This document shows positions 8,998 to 19,600 of a DNA stretch of 64,000 nucleotides, piece after piece. The translations under genes and the position numbers were made by a program. Position 1 is the stretch's first letter, and the number at the start of each line of letters is the position of its first letter. This stretch comes from Verrucomicrobiota bacterium. GTDB taxonomy: Bacteria; Verrucomicrobiota; Kiritimatiellia; RFP12; UBA1067. The DNA is taken from NCBI GenBank assembly GCA_023269675.1, contig JAHFSX010000003.1, positions 255,018 to 319,017 on the forward strand, read 5' to 3'. The notes beneath the pieces were generated by a model, which saw nothing but the letters and a program-made list of their open reading frames with translations, did not search any database and was not told the DNA's origin.

Positions 8998-11900
8998 TTA
9001 TTGCACCCGCAGCAGGGTGCCGGACTTGTCGTGCAGGACCGTCAGGATGCCGGTGCCCGCGAAATGCCCGCTGTCGATGAAGTAGGCGCCGCTGCCGGGC
9101 GCGCCGTAGGTGCCGACGCGCTGCTGCTTGTTGCCGAAGAACAGGTACCCGACCGTCTCGTTCACGCCGGCGGCCAGGTTCACCTTGGCCGTGTTGCCGT
9201 TCGCGATCGTGAGCGTCGCGGAGTTGGTGATGCAGGTCGAGGACTGGAGCGACAGCGTCGTCGTGCCCGCGCCCGTGGCGGCGACCGTGACATTGGTGCT
9301 GTTCCCGAGGTTTGTGGCGGCGAATACCACCAGAGTGCCGTTGCTGACCGTGATGTTGCCGACGGTGCTGTTCAAGGCGTTGGAGAGGGTCAGGCTGCCC
9401 GTGCCGGTTTTGACAAGGCTGACGGCCCCCGCGAGCTGCCCGTCGTAGGTCGTGTTGGCGCTCTGGTTCACCGTCAGCGTGGCCGGCAAAACGCTCGTGA
9501 TGACGACCAAGCCGTTTGAGGGTTCGGCCCGTTGCAGTCCGCCGATGGTCTGGTCGAACCCGTTCAGGTTCAGGTTCGCGTTGGGGCCGTACCAGACGCC
9601 GCCGATTTTCAGCGTGGCGTTCGTGGGAAAGGCGTTGGCGACATCCGTCCGCAGGCTTCCGCCCGTGAAAAGCGCGGCGCCCCAGCTGTTTCCCGCCACG
9701 CCCAGAACCGTGAGCCCGCCGGAGTCGGTGTGGAAGGTGCCGGTGCCGAGATTGAGGGGCGCGGCGGTGAACGTGACCGTGCCTTGGGCGTTGACGACGA
9801 AGAAGGGATTCGGCCCCGTGACGCCGCCGGTGATGTTGAGGAGCGTGCCGGCGTTGGCCACGTAGCGCCCGCCCGAGGTGGTGATCGGGCCGCTCACGGT
9901 GTTGGTTCCGGCCGCGTTCACCAGGCACCCCCCGTTGACGGAGCTGCCGATAAAGGTGAGCGGTTCCGCGAGGGTGATGCCGCCGGGCAGGTCGAGATGG
10001 GCGCTGGTCGCCCCCGCCGTGTTGACGACGGTTCCGCCCAGCGTGGAGCCCAGCGCGTTGGAGCTCGCGACGGTGATGCCGCCGCCCCAGAGGGTGGTCA
10101 CGCCGTCGTAGGTGTTGGTGCCTGAAAGGACCAGCGTTCCGTTGCCGGTCTTGGTAAAGCCCAGCGCGTCAGCCCCGTCGCCGATGTTGCCCGAGACGGT
10201 CAGGGTGGTGGCGCCCGAGAGGTTGGTGACGCTCCACGTCTGGTTCTCGATCAGGGTCACATCCTCCGCCACCGTGTACGCGCGGGAGGTGGCCGTCGGC
10301 GCGTACGCCGTGAGGCCGCCCAGCCCGAGGGTCAGCGCGCCGTCGCCGTTGGCGAGCGTGAAGGCCCCGTCGCGGTTGAAGGCGAGGCCATAGAGGCTCG
10401 CGTTCGTGTTGACCGTGGCCGCGCCGCCGCTGCTGGCGAAGAAGACATACGAGGTGCCGGTGAACGCCGGCAGCGCGTCGCCCTCCCAGTTCGCCGCAGT
10501 GGTCAGATTGCTGTCCGCGCCGCCGCCCGCGTCCCACGTGTAGTTGGTCGCAAGGATCGGCGGATTGCTCAGCACGGAGAGCTTCCCGCTGCCGCTGAAA
10601 TGCGCGGTGTCGAGCGTGGTCGCACCGCTGCCGGCTGTGGCTCCGTACGTGCCTCGGCGCTGCTGGACGCCGCCCAGAAACAGCGTGTTCACCGTTTCGG
10701 TGAGATTGGTGCCGATCTTCACCTTCGCGGTGCCGTCCAGGATCGACAGGCTGGCGCTGTCCGCCAGGGCGGTCGCCGTCCGAAGCTCCAGCGTCCCCCC
10801 CGCCACGACTACATTCGTGCTGGCGCTGAACCCTGCCGCGTACTCGACCACGAGCGTCCCGTTGCTCACAGTGATGTCGCCCGTCGTGGGCGAGACCGCA
10901 TTGGTGAAGGTGATGGTGCCTGTTCCGGCCTTCACGAGGCAAACGGCACCGGCGAGCTGCCCGTTGTAGGTGGTGTTCGCGCTCTGATTCAGGGTCAAGG
11001 TCGCCCGCGCCGGGCTGGTCACTGTGCGGGTTCCCGCGTTCGTCGTGTCCGTGATCAGGGCGCCGATCGTCTGATCAGAGCGGTTCAGGTCAACGATCCC
11101 GTTTGGCTGATAGCCGACGCCGACGTACAGGGTCGTTGTCGTCGGCAGCGCGTTGGCGATATCCGTTCTCACGGTGCCGCCGGCGGCCCGGGTGTTATTC
11201 CAAACGTTGCCTGCCACGGCGATCGCCTCCATGCCGGACTGATCCGCCCAGAAGCCGCCGGACCCGAGGTTGACGGGGGCGGTGCTGAAGATGATCGTGC
11301 CGCCGCCCGGATTTAGAATCAGGTCGCCGGACGTGCCGGAGATGCCGCCGGCGATCACCAGCGTGGTGCCGCCCGACGCATTCATCCGCATCCCGTTCAG
11401 CGTGGTGATCAGGCCTCGCACCGTGTTGCTGCCGCCGCTGTTCAGCAGCGAAGCTCCGGAATTGGGACGCTGCTCGTTAAAGGTCAGCGGCTCGTCGACC
11501 ACGATGCCGCCGCTGATCTGGAGCCAGCCGCCCTTCGTCGAGCGGACCATCGTGTTGCCGTTGGTGCTGCCCAGCGCGCTGCCGTGGCTGATCGCGAGCA
11601 AGGTCCCGTTGCTGACGACGGTGACGCCCTCGTAGGTGTTGCTGCCGGTGAGCGTGAGCGTCGAATTCGTGACGTTTGCGAGCAGTCCGCCGGTTCCGCT
11701 CAGCGTCCCGTTCACCGTGACCGCCGCATTGGAGCCGTAGAACATGCGCGTGCCGCTCAGGATCATGGGCAGCTTGAGCGTCTGGGTGCTTGCGGAAAGG
11801 TTCCGCACATCGCCGCCCAGCGTGAGGCTGTTGCCCGAGAGGGTGAACGCGCCGGCGCCGCTGTTGAAGGTGATGCCGCCGAAGGACGTGTCGGCCGCCA

Positions 11901-12108
11901 GATTGTTGGTGTTCGCCAGCCTCGCCGAGCCGCCGAAGTAGAGCGCGTCATCGGCAACAGGCGCGGAGGCGTCCCCGGCCCAGTTGTTCGTGGTGCTCCA
12001 CTGGGCGTCGCTTCCGCCGCCGTCCCACGTCAGGTCCGCCGCAAGCGCAGCGGAGGCCAGCAGCACCGAGCCAAGCGTCATTGTCAGGGGTCTCATGTTC
12101 GTTGCCAT
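8998..12108 (-). CDS. Secreted PATR protein 3, two tandem modules
   Basis: Signal peptide ..SAALA; PATR repeats; internal and terminal C-caps; ends SGTLLRVQ. Confidence 0.88.
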   Translation of the reverse strand: MATNMRPLTMTLGSVLLASAALAADLTWDGGGSDAQWSTTNNWAGDASAPVADDALYFGGSARLANTNNLAADTSFGGITFNSGAGAFTLSGNSLTLGGDVRNLSASTQTLKLPMILSGTRMFYGSNAAVTVNGTLSGTGGLLANVTNSTLTLTGSNTYEGVTVVSNGTLLAISHGSALGSTNGNTMVRSTKGGWLQISGGIVVDEPLTFNEQRPNSGASLLNSGGSNTVRGLITTLNGMRMNASGGTTLVIAGGISGTSGDLILNPGGGTIIFSTAPVNLGSGGFWADQSGMEAIAVAGNVWNNTRAAGGTVRTDIANALPTTTTLYVGVGYQPNGIVDLNRSDQTIGALITDTTNAGTRTVTSPARATLTLNQSANTTYNGQLAGAVCLVKAGTGTITFTNAVSPTTGDITVSNGTLVVEYAAGFSASTNVVVAGGTLELRTATALADSASLSILDGTAKVKIGTNLTETVNTLFLGGVQQRRGTYGATAGSGATTLDTAHFSGSGKLSVLSNPPILATNYTWDAGGGADSNLTTAANWEGDALPAFTGTSYVFFASSGGAATVNTNASLYGLAFNRDGAFTLANGDGALTLGLGGLTAYAPTATSRAYTVAEDVTLIENQTWSVTNLSGATTLTVSGNIGDGADALGFTKTGNGTLVLSGTNTYDGVTTLWGGGITVASSNALGSTLGGTVVNTAGATSAHLDLPGGITLAEPLTFIGSSVNGGCLVNAAGTNTVSGPITTSGGRYVANAGTLLNITGGVTGPNPFFVVNAQGTVTFTAAPLNLGTGTFHTDSGGLTVLGVAGNSWGAALFTGGSLRTDVANAFPTNATLKIGGVWYGPNANLNLNGFDQTIGGLQRAEPSNGLVVITSVLPATLTVNQSANTTYDGQLAGAVSLVKTGTGSLTLSNALNSTVGNITVSNGTLVVFAATNLGNSTNVTVAATGAGTTTLSLQSSTCITNSATLTIANGNTAKVNLAAGVNETVGYLFFGNKQQRVGTYGAPGSGAYFIDSGHFAGTGILTVLHDKSGTLLRVQ

Positions 12109-12234
12109 ATGCCTTACCTACTTTTATGCGCCTGTTGCCAAAAGGTGCCAGGTTTTCCGGGCACGCGATCCGCGACGGGGGTCATCGCGGGCTACCTAAA
12201 CTCATGTGCGAACGCACGCATGAATGATCCTGCT

Positions 12235-15200
12235 TTACCGTACAATCAGCACCGTGCCTAGCGGCAGGAGGACCACCTCGCCGGTCGGAAGCTGTGAAGC
12301 GGCCTGCCCGGTCGGCGACGTGATCTTCTTAAGCTGGTTTTTCGTCAGGCTGGCCGAGGTGCCGACGAAGAGGCGGTCGGCGCCGGCGGTCCAGTTGCGC
12401 AGCATGAGCGCGCCGTCCCAGGTCTGGCTCGCGCTGTCCGCGAGGGTCAGCGTGCAGCTCCCGCTGCCGAAGTCGAGGGCGGCCGCGCCGTCGACGTCCA
12501 GCGCGCCCAGGGTCTCGCTGAAGCCGGCGGTGGCGAACGTGCCGCCCGTCAGGCGCAGCGGGCTCGCGTTGTCGATGCGCTCGGCAGCGGCCAGCCGCAG
12601 CGTTCCGCTGGCCACCGTGGTCGCGCCCGTGTAGGCATTGCTGGCGGCCAGCACGACCGTGCCGGTTCCGGTCTTGGTGAGGCCGCCGGGGCCGCTGATC
12701 ACGCCGGTCACGATCACGGCGTTGGTGCCGGCCGAGGCGGAGGTGAGTTGCACGGTGTTGCTGAGCAGGAAGGCGCCGCTGAAGACCGCGCTGTTGGTCG
12801 CGACCGACCCGACGGAGACGCTGGCGCCGTTCGTGTACGGATACACGCTGATGCCGCGCGCGAAGGTGTAGTTGCCGTCGAAGACGAGCGCCACCGTGTT
12901 CGAGGATGTCGTGCCCGCGTCAGCTACCTGCACCGCCGTGTTGGTATTGCCCAGGGGGCCCGAAATGTTGGGGAACACGCTGGCGCCAACGATCAGCCGC
13001 CCGTTCCGGACCGTCGTCGTGCCATGGAACACGGAAGCGGTGCCGCTCAGCTTGAGCGTGCCCGCTCCGGTTTTGCGGATGTCGCTGACCGCCTGCAGCG
13101 GCTCGGCCCCGCTGTAAATGCCGAAACTCGCGCTCACCAGAAGGTCGATGTCGGCCGCGCCGTCGTTCACGTCGAACGTCTTGGTGTTCGAGCCGCCGGT
13201 GCCCGGCCCCTGGAAGAGCCCCGCCGCAATCGTCGCCGTCGCGTTCGTGCCGATGTAGCGGACGATCTGTTCGCTGTTGGCGGCGCTGGCTTCCAGAGGA
13301 TTCGAGCAGCCGAGGTAGACCCCGTCTCCCAGCGTCAGCGCCGGACCGTTCGCCGCCTGGCGCCACACGTTGAGCTGCGGCGTATCGTTGGCCACGTTCA
13401 GCAAGGAGCCTTCGTTGAGCACGATCGCGTCGACGCTGCCCAAGAAGCCCCACGTCGCTCCACCCGTCCCGTCGTAGCCGAAGGAGAGAGAGCCCGGGCC
13501 ATTTTTCGTGATGACGGTTCCCGAAGGTATGCTGCTGTTCGTGATGCTGGCGAAGGTGAGCGTCGTGCCGGGCTGAGTCACGTCGAAAGTCGCGGTCTTG
13601 CCCGCGCTGACGGTGAATCGGCGGTCCGTGCTCGTGGTCGGCCCCGTGTACCGCAAGGTGCCGCCGTCGAAGACCAGTTTGGAGGCGGCACTGGACGACG
13701 CGCCGATTGAACTGGCGAACAGCCCGTTCGTGAGCGAGCCGGCGCTCAGAACGCCCGAGGTGAGCCACGTCGCGCCGGTGTAAGTGTTGGCCCCGGAGAG
13801 GGTCAGGGTGCCCAGTCCGAGCTTTTGAAACCCGAGCATATTGCCGCCCGGATTGCCGATGACCGAACTGTAGATGAACTCGCCGCCCGGCGCATTGGTG
13901 GTGTCGAGCCCGAGGAGCGAGCCGGTCTTGAAGCCGCCGCCGGCCGACCCCAAGCCTTTGAGCACATCCAAGTCGCCGGGGGCGAACTCGCCGCTGCCGC
14001 CGACGTTGAAGGCCAGCGTCGCGCCGCTGTTCACGATGATGGAGTTGGTGGTCCACTGCGCGGTGTCGCCGTTATACAGGGCCGCGGTCTTGGCGATCTG
14101 CAGGGTGCCCGCGCTGACCGTGGTGGCGCCGGCATAAGTGTTGGTGCCGGAGAGCGTCTGCGTGCCCGTACCGTTCTTGGTCAAGCCGCCGCTGCCGCTG
14201 AGGGCCCCGGCAAAGGAGGCCGGCTGGGTGTTGGCGCCGAGGCTGAGCGTGTTGGCGCCGAGGCTCAGCGCGTTCGCTCCCTGGAGGCCGCTGAGCGTGT
14301 AGGTCACCGGGCCGGCCAGCGTGAGCACGACGCTTTGCGGTCCGGCCGTGCCGGTGTTGAGGATGCTGTTTTTCAGCGCGTCGACCTGTCCGAGCTCGAG
14401 CGTGCCGGCATTCACGGTGACTGTGCCGCTGAAGGTGTTGGCGGCTGTCAGCGCCAGCGTGCCCTCGCCGGTTTTTGTCAGGGTGCTGCTGCCAGCGATG
14501 ACTTTGGCCACGGTCAGCTTAGTCGCCGCGTCAGTCTCGAAGGTGCCTCCCGACGCGCCCACGCTTAATCCGCGGTTGCTGTCGTCGACGGTGAAGGTCG
14601 CCGTGCTTTGCAGGGTGCCTCCGTTGAGCGTGAGCTGGTCGGCCGCGCTGCTGCCGGGGTTTGCGCCCAGGGCCGCCTCGCCGGCCGCGCTCAGCTTGCC
14701 GGCGTTGACGAAGGTTTTTCCGGTGTAGGTGTTCACGCCGGCGAGCGTCAGGGTGCCGCCGCCGGTTTTGGTCAGCGCGCCGCTGCCGGCGATGATGTTG
14801 GCGATGGCCAGCGTGGTGGCGGCGGGCGTTTCAAAGGTGCCTCCGGCCGGGGCCAGGGTCACGCCGCGGTTGCTGTCGTCCAGCGTGAAGCTGGCCGCGC
14901 CGAGCAGGGTGCCGCCGCTGAGCAGCAGCTGGTCGGCGACGCTGCCGCCCGGGTTCGCGCCCAGGAACGCCTCGTCCGCGACACTGAGCTTGCCGTTATA
15001 GAGGGCGGTCTTGCCGCTGTACGTGTTGTTGCCGGAGAGCACCAGCGTGTTGGTTCCCAGCTTGACGATGCCGAGGCTGTTCCCGTCCGGATTGCCGACA
15101 TCCGAGGCGTAGGTGAACGTTCCTCCCGGCGCGAACGAGGTGTCGAGCCCGAAGTAAGACCCGCTCAGGAAGCCGCCTGTGGCGGAGCCGATCCCCTTAA

Positions 15201-16581
15201 GCACGTCGAGATCCGCCGCGGTGAACTCGTTCGATCCGCCGACATTGCAGGCCAGAACCGCGCCGTTGCTCACGATCAGGCTCGAGGCTGTCCAAAGCTC
15301 CGTTGTGCCTCCGAAAAGCGCGCTGCGCTTCGCGGCGAGCACGGTTCCGCCCCCCACGGTCACCGTGCCGGTGGCGGTGTTGTTGCCGGAGAGCGTCAGC
15401 GTGCCTGCGCCGGTCTTAGTCAGGCCCACAGCCCCGGTGAAACGTCCGTCATATGTCGAGGCCGAACTCTGATTGACGGTCAGCGTGGCCGGCATCGCGC
15501 TGGTCACCGTGCGGGTGCCGGCATTCGTGGTGTCGTTGCGCAGCTGGCCGACGGTCTGGTCGAAGCCGTTCAGGTTGAATGTGCTGTTAGGCCCGTAAGA
15601 GATGCCGAGGCGCAAAGCGGTCGAGGCCGGGAGCCCGTTCGTGATCTCCATCCGCAGCGTCCCGTTGGCCACCAGTGTCTCGCCCCACGTGTTGCCCGCG
15701 ACGCCCACGACGGTGAGTCCCCCGGAGTCCGTATAGAAGGCGTCGGAGCCGATGCTGAGCGGCTTCTCATAGAAGGCGATCGTGCTGCTGGAGTTGAGGA
15801 CGCAGAGTCCGCCGCCGCCTGTCATGCCGCCCGTGATGAGAAGAGCGTTCCCGTCCGCTTTGAGACGGGTCTGGCCCTGCCGCGTGATGGCCCCGCTCCA
15901 GATGTTGCTGCCGCTGCTGCTGTACAGAGAAGCGCCGCTGCCCGGCCGCTCGCCGATCAGCGTCAACGGTTCCGCCACCGTGATGCCGCCGCTGATCTGG
16001 AGCGAGCCGCTGGTGACGGAGCGGACCACGGTATTGCCGTTGGTGCTGCCCAGCGCGCTGGCGTGGCTGATCGCGAGCAGGCCGTTGCTGACGGTGGTGA
16101 CGCCCTCGTAGGTGTTGCTGCCGGTGAGCGTCAGCGTCGCATTCGTGAGGTTCACGAACAGGCCGCCGGTGCCGCTGAGGACCCCGTTGGCCGTGATGGA
16201 GCGGCTGACCCCGTAGAACATGCGCGTGCCGCTCAGGTTCATGGGCAGGCTGAGCGTCTGCGTGTTGGCGGAAAGGTTGCGCACATCGCCTCCCAGCGTG
16301 AGGCCGTTGCCCCAGAGGGAGAAAGCGCCCGCGCCGCTGTTGAACGTGATGCCCGCGAACGAGAGGTCGGCGGTCAGGTCGTTGGTGTTTGTCAGCTTGG
16401 AGGTGCCTCCAAAGAAAAGCGCGTCATCCGCCACGGGCGCGGTGAGGTTCGCGTCCCAGTTGGTCGCGGTTGACCAGTTGGCGTCGATTCCGCCGCCGTC
16501 CCACGTGCGGTCCGCCGCACAGACCGTAACCGCCGTCACGGCGGTCAACGCCAGACTCACGAGCATACGCTTCATTTTCAT
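12235..16581 (-). CDS. Secreted PATR protein 4
   Basis: Start MKMKRML after GGCGGAG; many PATR repeats; ends PLGTVLIVR. Confidence 0.88.
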   Translation of the reverse strand: MKMKRMLVSLALTAVTAVTVCAADRTWDGGGIDANWSTATNWDANLTAPVADDALFFGGTSKLTNTNDLTADLSFAGITFNSGAGAFSLWGNGLTLGGDVRNLSANTQTLSLPMNLSGTRMFYGVSRSITANGVLSGTGGLFVNLTNATLTLTGSNTYEGVTTVSNGLLAISHASALGSTNGNTVVRSVTSGSLQISGGITVAEPLTLIGERPGSGASLYSSSGSNIWSGAITRQGQTRLKADGNALLITGGMTGGGGLCVLNSSSTIAFYEKPLSIGSDAFYTDSGGLTVVGVAGNTWGETLVANGTLRMEITNGLPASTALRLGISYGPNSTFNLNGFDQTVGQLRNDTTNAGTRTVTSAMPATLTVNQSSASTYDGRFTGAVGLTKTGAGTLTLSGNNTATGTVTVGGGTVLAAKRSALFGGTTELWTASSLIVSNGAVLACNVGGSNEFTAADLDVLKGIGSATGGFLSGSYFGLDTSFAPGGTFTYASDVGNPDGNSLGIVKLGTNTLVLSGNNTYSGKTALYNGKLSVADEAFLGANPGGSVADQLLLSGGTLLGAASFTLDDSNRGVTLAPAGGTFETPAATTLAIANIIAGSGALTKTGGGTLTLAGVNTYTGKTFVNAGKLSAAGEAALGANPGSSAADQLTLNGGTLQSTATFTVDDSNRGLSVGASGGTFETDAATKLTVAKVIAGSSTLTKTGEGTLALTAANTFSGTVTVNAGTLELGQVDALKNSILNTGTAGPQSVVLTLAGPVTYTLSGLQGANALSLGANTLSLGANTQPASFAGALSGSGGLTKNGTGTQTLSGTNTYAGATTVSAGTLQIAKTAALYNGDTAQWTTNSIIVNSGATLAFNVGGSGEFAPGDLDVLKGLGSAGGGFKTGSLLGLDTTNAPGGEFIYSSVIGNPGGNMLGFQKLGLGTLTLSGANTYTGATWLTSGVLSAGSLTNGLFASSIGASSSAASKLVFDGGTLRYTGPTTSTDRRFTVSAGKTATFDVTQPGTTLTFASITNSSIPSGTVITKNGPGSLSFGYDGTGGATWGFLGSVDAIVLNEGSLLNVANDTPQLNVWRQAANGPALTLGDGVYLGCSNPLEASAANSEQIVRYIGTNATATIAAGLFQGPGTGGSNTKTFDVNDGAADIDLLVSASFGIYSGAEPLQAVSDIRKTGAGTLKLSGTASVFHGTTTVRNGRLIVGASVFPNISGPLGNTNTAVQVADAGTTSSNTVALVFDGNYTFARGISVYPYTNGASVSVGSVATNSAVFSGAFLLSNTVQLTSASAGTNAVIVTGVISGPGGLTKTGTGTVVLAASNAYTGATTVASGTLRLAAAERIDNASPLRLTGGTFATAGFSETLGALDVDGAAALDFGSGSCTLTLADSASQTWDGALMLRNWTAGADRLFVGTSASLTKNQLKKITSPTGQAASQLPTGEVVLLPLGTVLIVR

Positions 16582-16662
16582 AGTCTCCGCCGCCTTTTTT
16601 CTGTTCTGCTCTGGGGTGCGGGGCGTGAGCACCGCCAGCTGCGGCGATCTTCATTTCACCGC

Positions 16663-16697
16663 AGTCAAGCGGCGCCGAAGTGCCGCACTTCAAAGAG
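16663..16697. repeat. REP-like element, family C (AAGCGGCG..GCCGCACT.CAAA)
   Basis: Hairpin; a related pair lies at 38146-38262. Confidence 0.5.
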
Positions 16698-19600
16698 CTA
16701 CCGTAAAATGAAAACCGTGCCCAGCGGCAGGAGGACCACCTCGCCGGTCGGGAGCTGCGAGGCGGCCTGCCCGGTCGGCGACGTGATCTTCTTAAGCTGG
16801 GCCGTCGTCAGGCTGGCCGCGGTGCCGACGAAGAGGCGGTCGGTGCCGGAGGTCCAGTTGCGCAGCACGAGCGAGCCGTCCCAGGTCTGGCTCGCGCTGT
16901 CCGCCAAGGTCAGCGTGCAGCTCCCGCTGCCGAAGTCGAGGACGGCCGCGCCGTCGACGTCCAGCGCGCCCAGCGTCTCGCTGAAGCCGGCGGTTGCGAA
17001 CGTGCCGCCGGTCAGGCGCAGCGGGCTGGCGTCGGCGATGCGTTCGGCCCCGGCCAAGCGCAGCGTTCCGGCGGTCACCGTCGTCGCGCCGGTGTAGGTG
17101 TTGGCCGCGGCGAAGATCACCGTGCCGGTGCCGGTCTGGGTGACGCCGCCGGGGCCGGAGATGCCGCCGGTGATGAAGAGCGCGTTGGTGCCGGTCGTCA
17201 CGGAGAGCAGCTGCAGCGTGTTGCTGGCCCCGATCGCGCCGCTGAAGGTGACGTTGTTGTTCGAGATGCTGCCCAGGATGGCGGAAGCGCCTGCGGGATA
17301 GACGCTCACGTCGCGCGCAAACGCGAAGCCGCTGTTGTTCGGGCCCTCGAAAACGAACGCGGGCGTGTCCGTCGGCTGAGTGCCCGCATCGCCAAGCTGG
17401 AACGCGTTTGTCGACTGCCCGATAACGCTCTTGCCGCTGGCGGGCACGCTCGCCGTGACGACGAGTCGGCCGCTGCGGACCGTGGTCGCGCCCCGGTAGG
17501 CGTTCAGGCTGTTCTTGAGGCGAAGCGTGCCGGCTCCGGTCTTACGCACGTTGCTGTTGGCGATGCCCGTGTAGATGTTGATTTCGCCCGGGATGTCGAG
17601 GTCGATCTCGTCCGCGCCGTCGTTGATGTCAAAGATGTGCGTATTGTACTCCAAGACCCCCGCCGCATTGGTGGTGGGCCCGGTCATTGTGAACTGTCCG
17701 CTCGTAATGCGTGCGCCGCTCTGCGTGCCCACGTAGCGGACGAGCATCTCGGCTCCGTTGACGTAGTTTTCCAGCGGCGTGTTGTAACCCAACACGGCGC
17801 CATCGCCGAGCAGGACCGCGGGTCCCTGGCTGGCCAGGGCGTGAACGTTCTGCTGGATGGTGGTCGGCGAAGGCTCGGTCAGCAGCGTGCCGCCCAACAC
17901 ATAGACCGCTTTGCACGTGAAATTGTACGTGGGCCCGGTGCCCTTGCCGAAAACCAAGGTTCCGGGGCCTGACTTGATGACCGTCGTGTTGGCCGAATCG
18001 AACACCGCGTTTGAGAGAGCCCCGAAGGTCAGAACGGTATTCGCCTGGGTCACGTCGAACGCATAGGCGTTGGTCACCGCGGCATAGGTGAAACCCCGGT
18101 CGGTCCGCGTGCTCGGGCCCGTGTACTGGAGGGCGCCCCCGTCGAACACCAGATTGCCACGATAGCTGGAGGACTGACCCATCGCGCTCGCCAATCCGCC
18201 CGTGGTGATGCTGTTGATGCTCAGCACGCCCTGGCTGATTTTGGTCGCGCCGGTGTAGCTGTTCATGCCGGTCAGCGCGAGGGTGCCTGCGCCGAGTTTC
18301 TGCAGGTTAAGGCCGTGACCTCCCGCGGGGTTGCCGAGCGTGTCGCTGATCTCGTAGAAGGCCCCCGGCGCGTTGGTCGCGGTCAGGGCCAGCCACGCGC
18401 CCGGCTTGAACCCCGTGGTGGCGGTGCCGAGCGCGGCGATGGTGCCGATGTCGGCGGACAGGAACTCGCCCGCGCCGCCGACGTTGAGCAAGAGCGTCGC
18501 GCCGCTGGCGACGGTGAATTTGTCGGAGGAGAGGGTCGCGCCGTTATACAGGGAGACCTTCTTGCCGACCTGCAAGGTGCCCGCGTTGACCGCGGTGACG
18601 CCCGCATAATCGTTGACGCCCGTGAGCGCGAGCGTGCCCGCGCCCGCCTTGTTGAGCCCGCCCGGACCGGTCATCGGATTCGCGACCGTCATGTCGGCGC
18701 CGGCTGCGGTCTCGAAGGTGCCGTTGCCGGTGCCGAGGGTGATGCCGCGGTTGACATCGCTCAGGACCAGAGGCCCGAGCGCCAGCAGGGTGGCGGCGTT
18801 GCTGATGAGCAGGTGGTCGGGAACATAGGCTTCGGGCGTGACGCCGAGGGCTTTGCCGGAATAGATTCCGAGTTTGCCCCCGCCGACCACGGTCTGCGCG
18901 CTCTGCTGGCAGTTGGTGCCCGTGACTTTGAGCGTGCCGGCCCCGAGTTTGACGAGGCGCAGCTGGCCGGCGAAATTGCTGTTGAACTCGGTCGTGCTGC
19001 TTTGGTTCACCGTCAGCGTGGCGGGACCCGTGCTGCTGGTGATCACGCGGACGCCGTCATTCGTGATGACGCCGGTGAGTGTGCCGACAGACTGGTCATT
19101 CCCCTGCAGGTCGGTGAAGCTGCTCCGCGCATACGAAACGCCGACCTCAAACATCAGGTTGGCCGGCCAGGCATTGGGCACTTCCAACAGCAATGTGCCG
19201 CCGGAGACCTCGATGTCGTTGACCGTGTTACCCGCAACCCCCAGAATGGCGGTACGGGTGCCGTGAAAGAAACATTTTTGGTTGTTTGCCAGAATCGGCT
19301 TCGTGCTGATTTTCATCACCGGTGTGCCGGCCGCGCTGCCGGAATCGAGAATCACGGTCGAGTTGAAGCTCGTGATGCCGCCGGTGATGTGGGCGTACAT
19401 GGACTGGTTCTGCACGCGGGCCTGGCCGCCCGTAATGGTGATGAGTCCGCTGTAGACGTTCGAGCCGGTTTGGAAAATCAGCATAGAGGGGTTTTGGTTC
19501 ACCAGCGTGATCGGTTCGGCGATGGTGAGGCCGTTGTAGACATCCACGCCCGCGCCCGTGTTGACGATCGTCCCTTGGGCAATGCCGCCAAAAGCGTACG

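Noticed and set aside
12133..12150. TGGCAC..GC as a sigma54 promoter for PATR3
   Set aside because: Spacing is GG-N9-GC, not the required N10.
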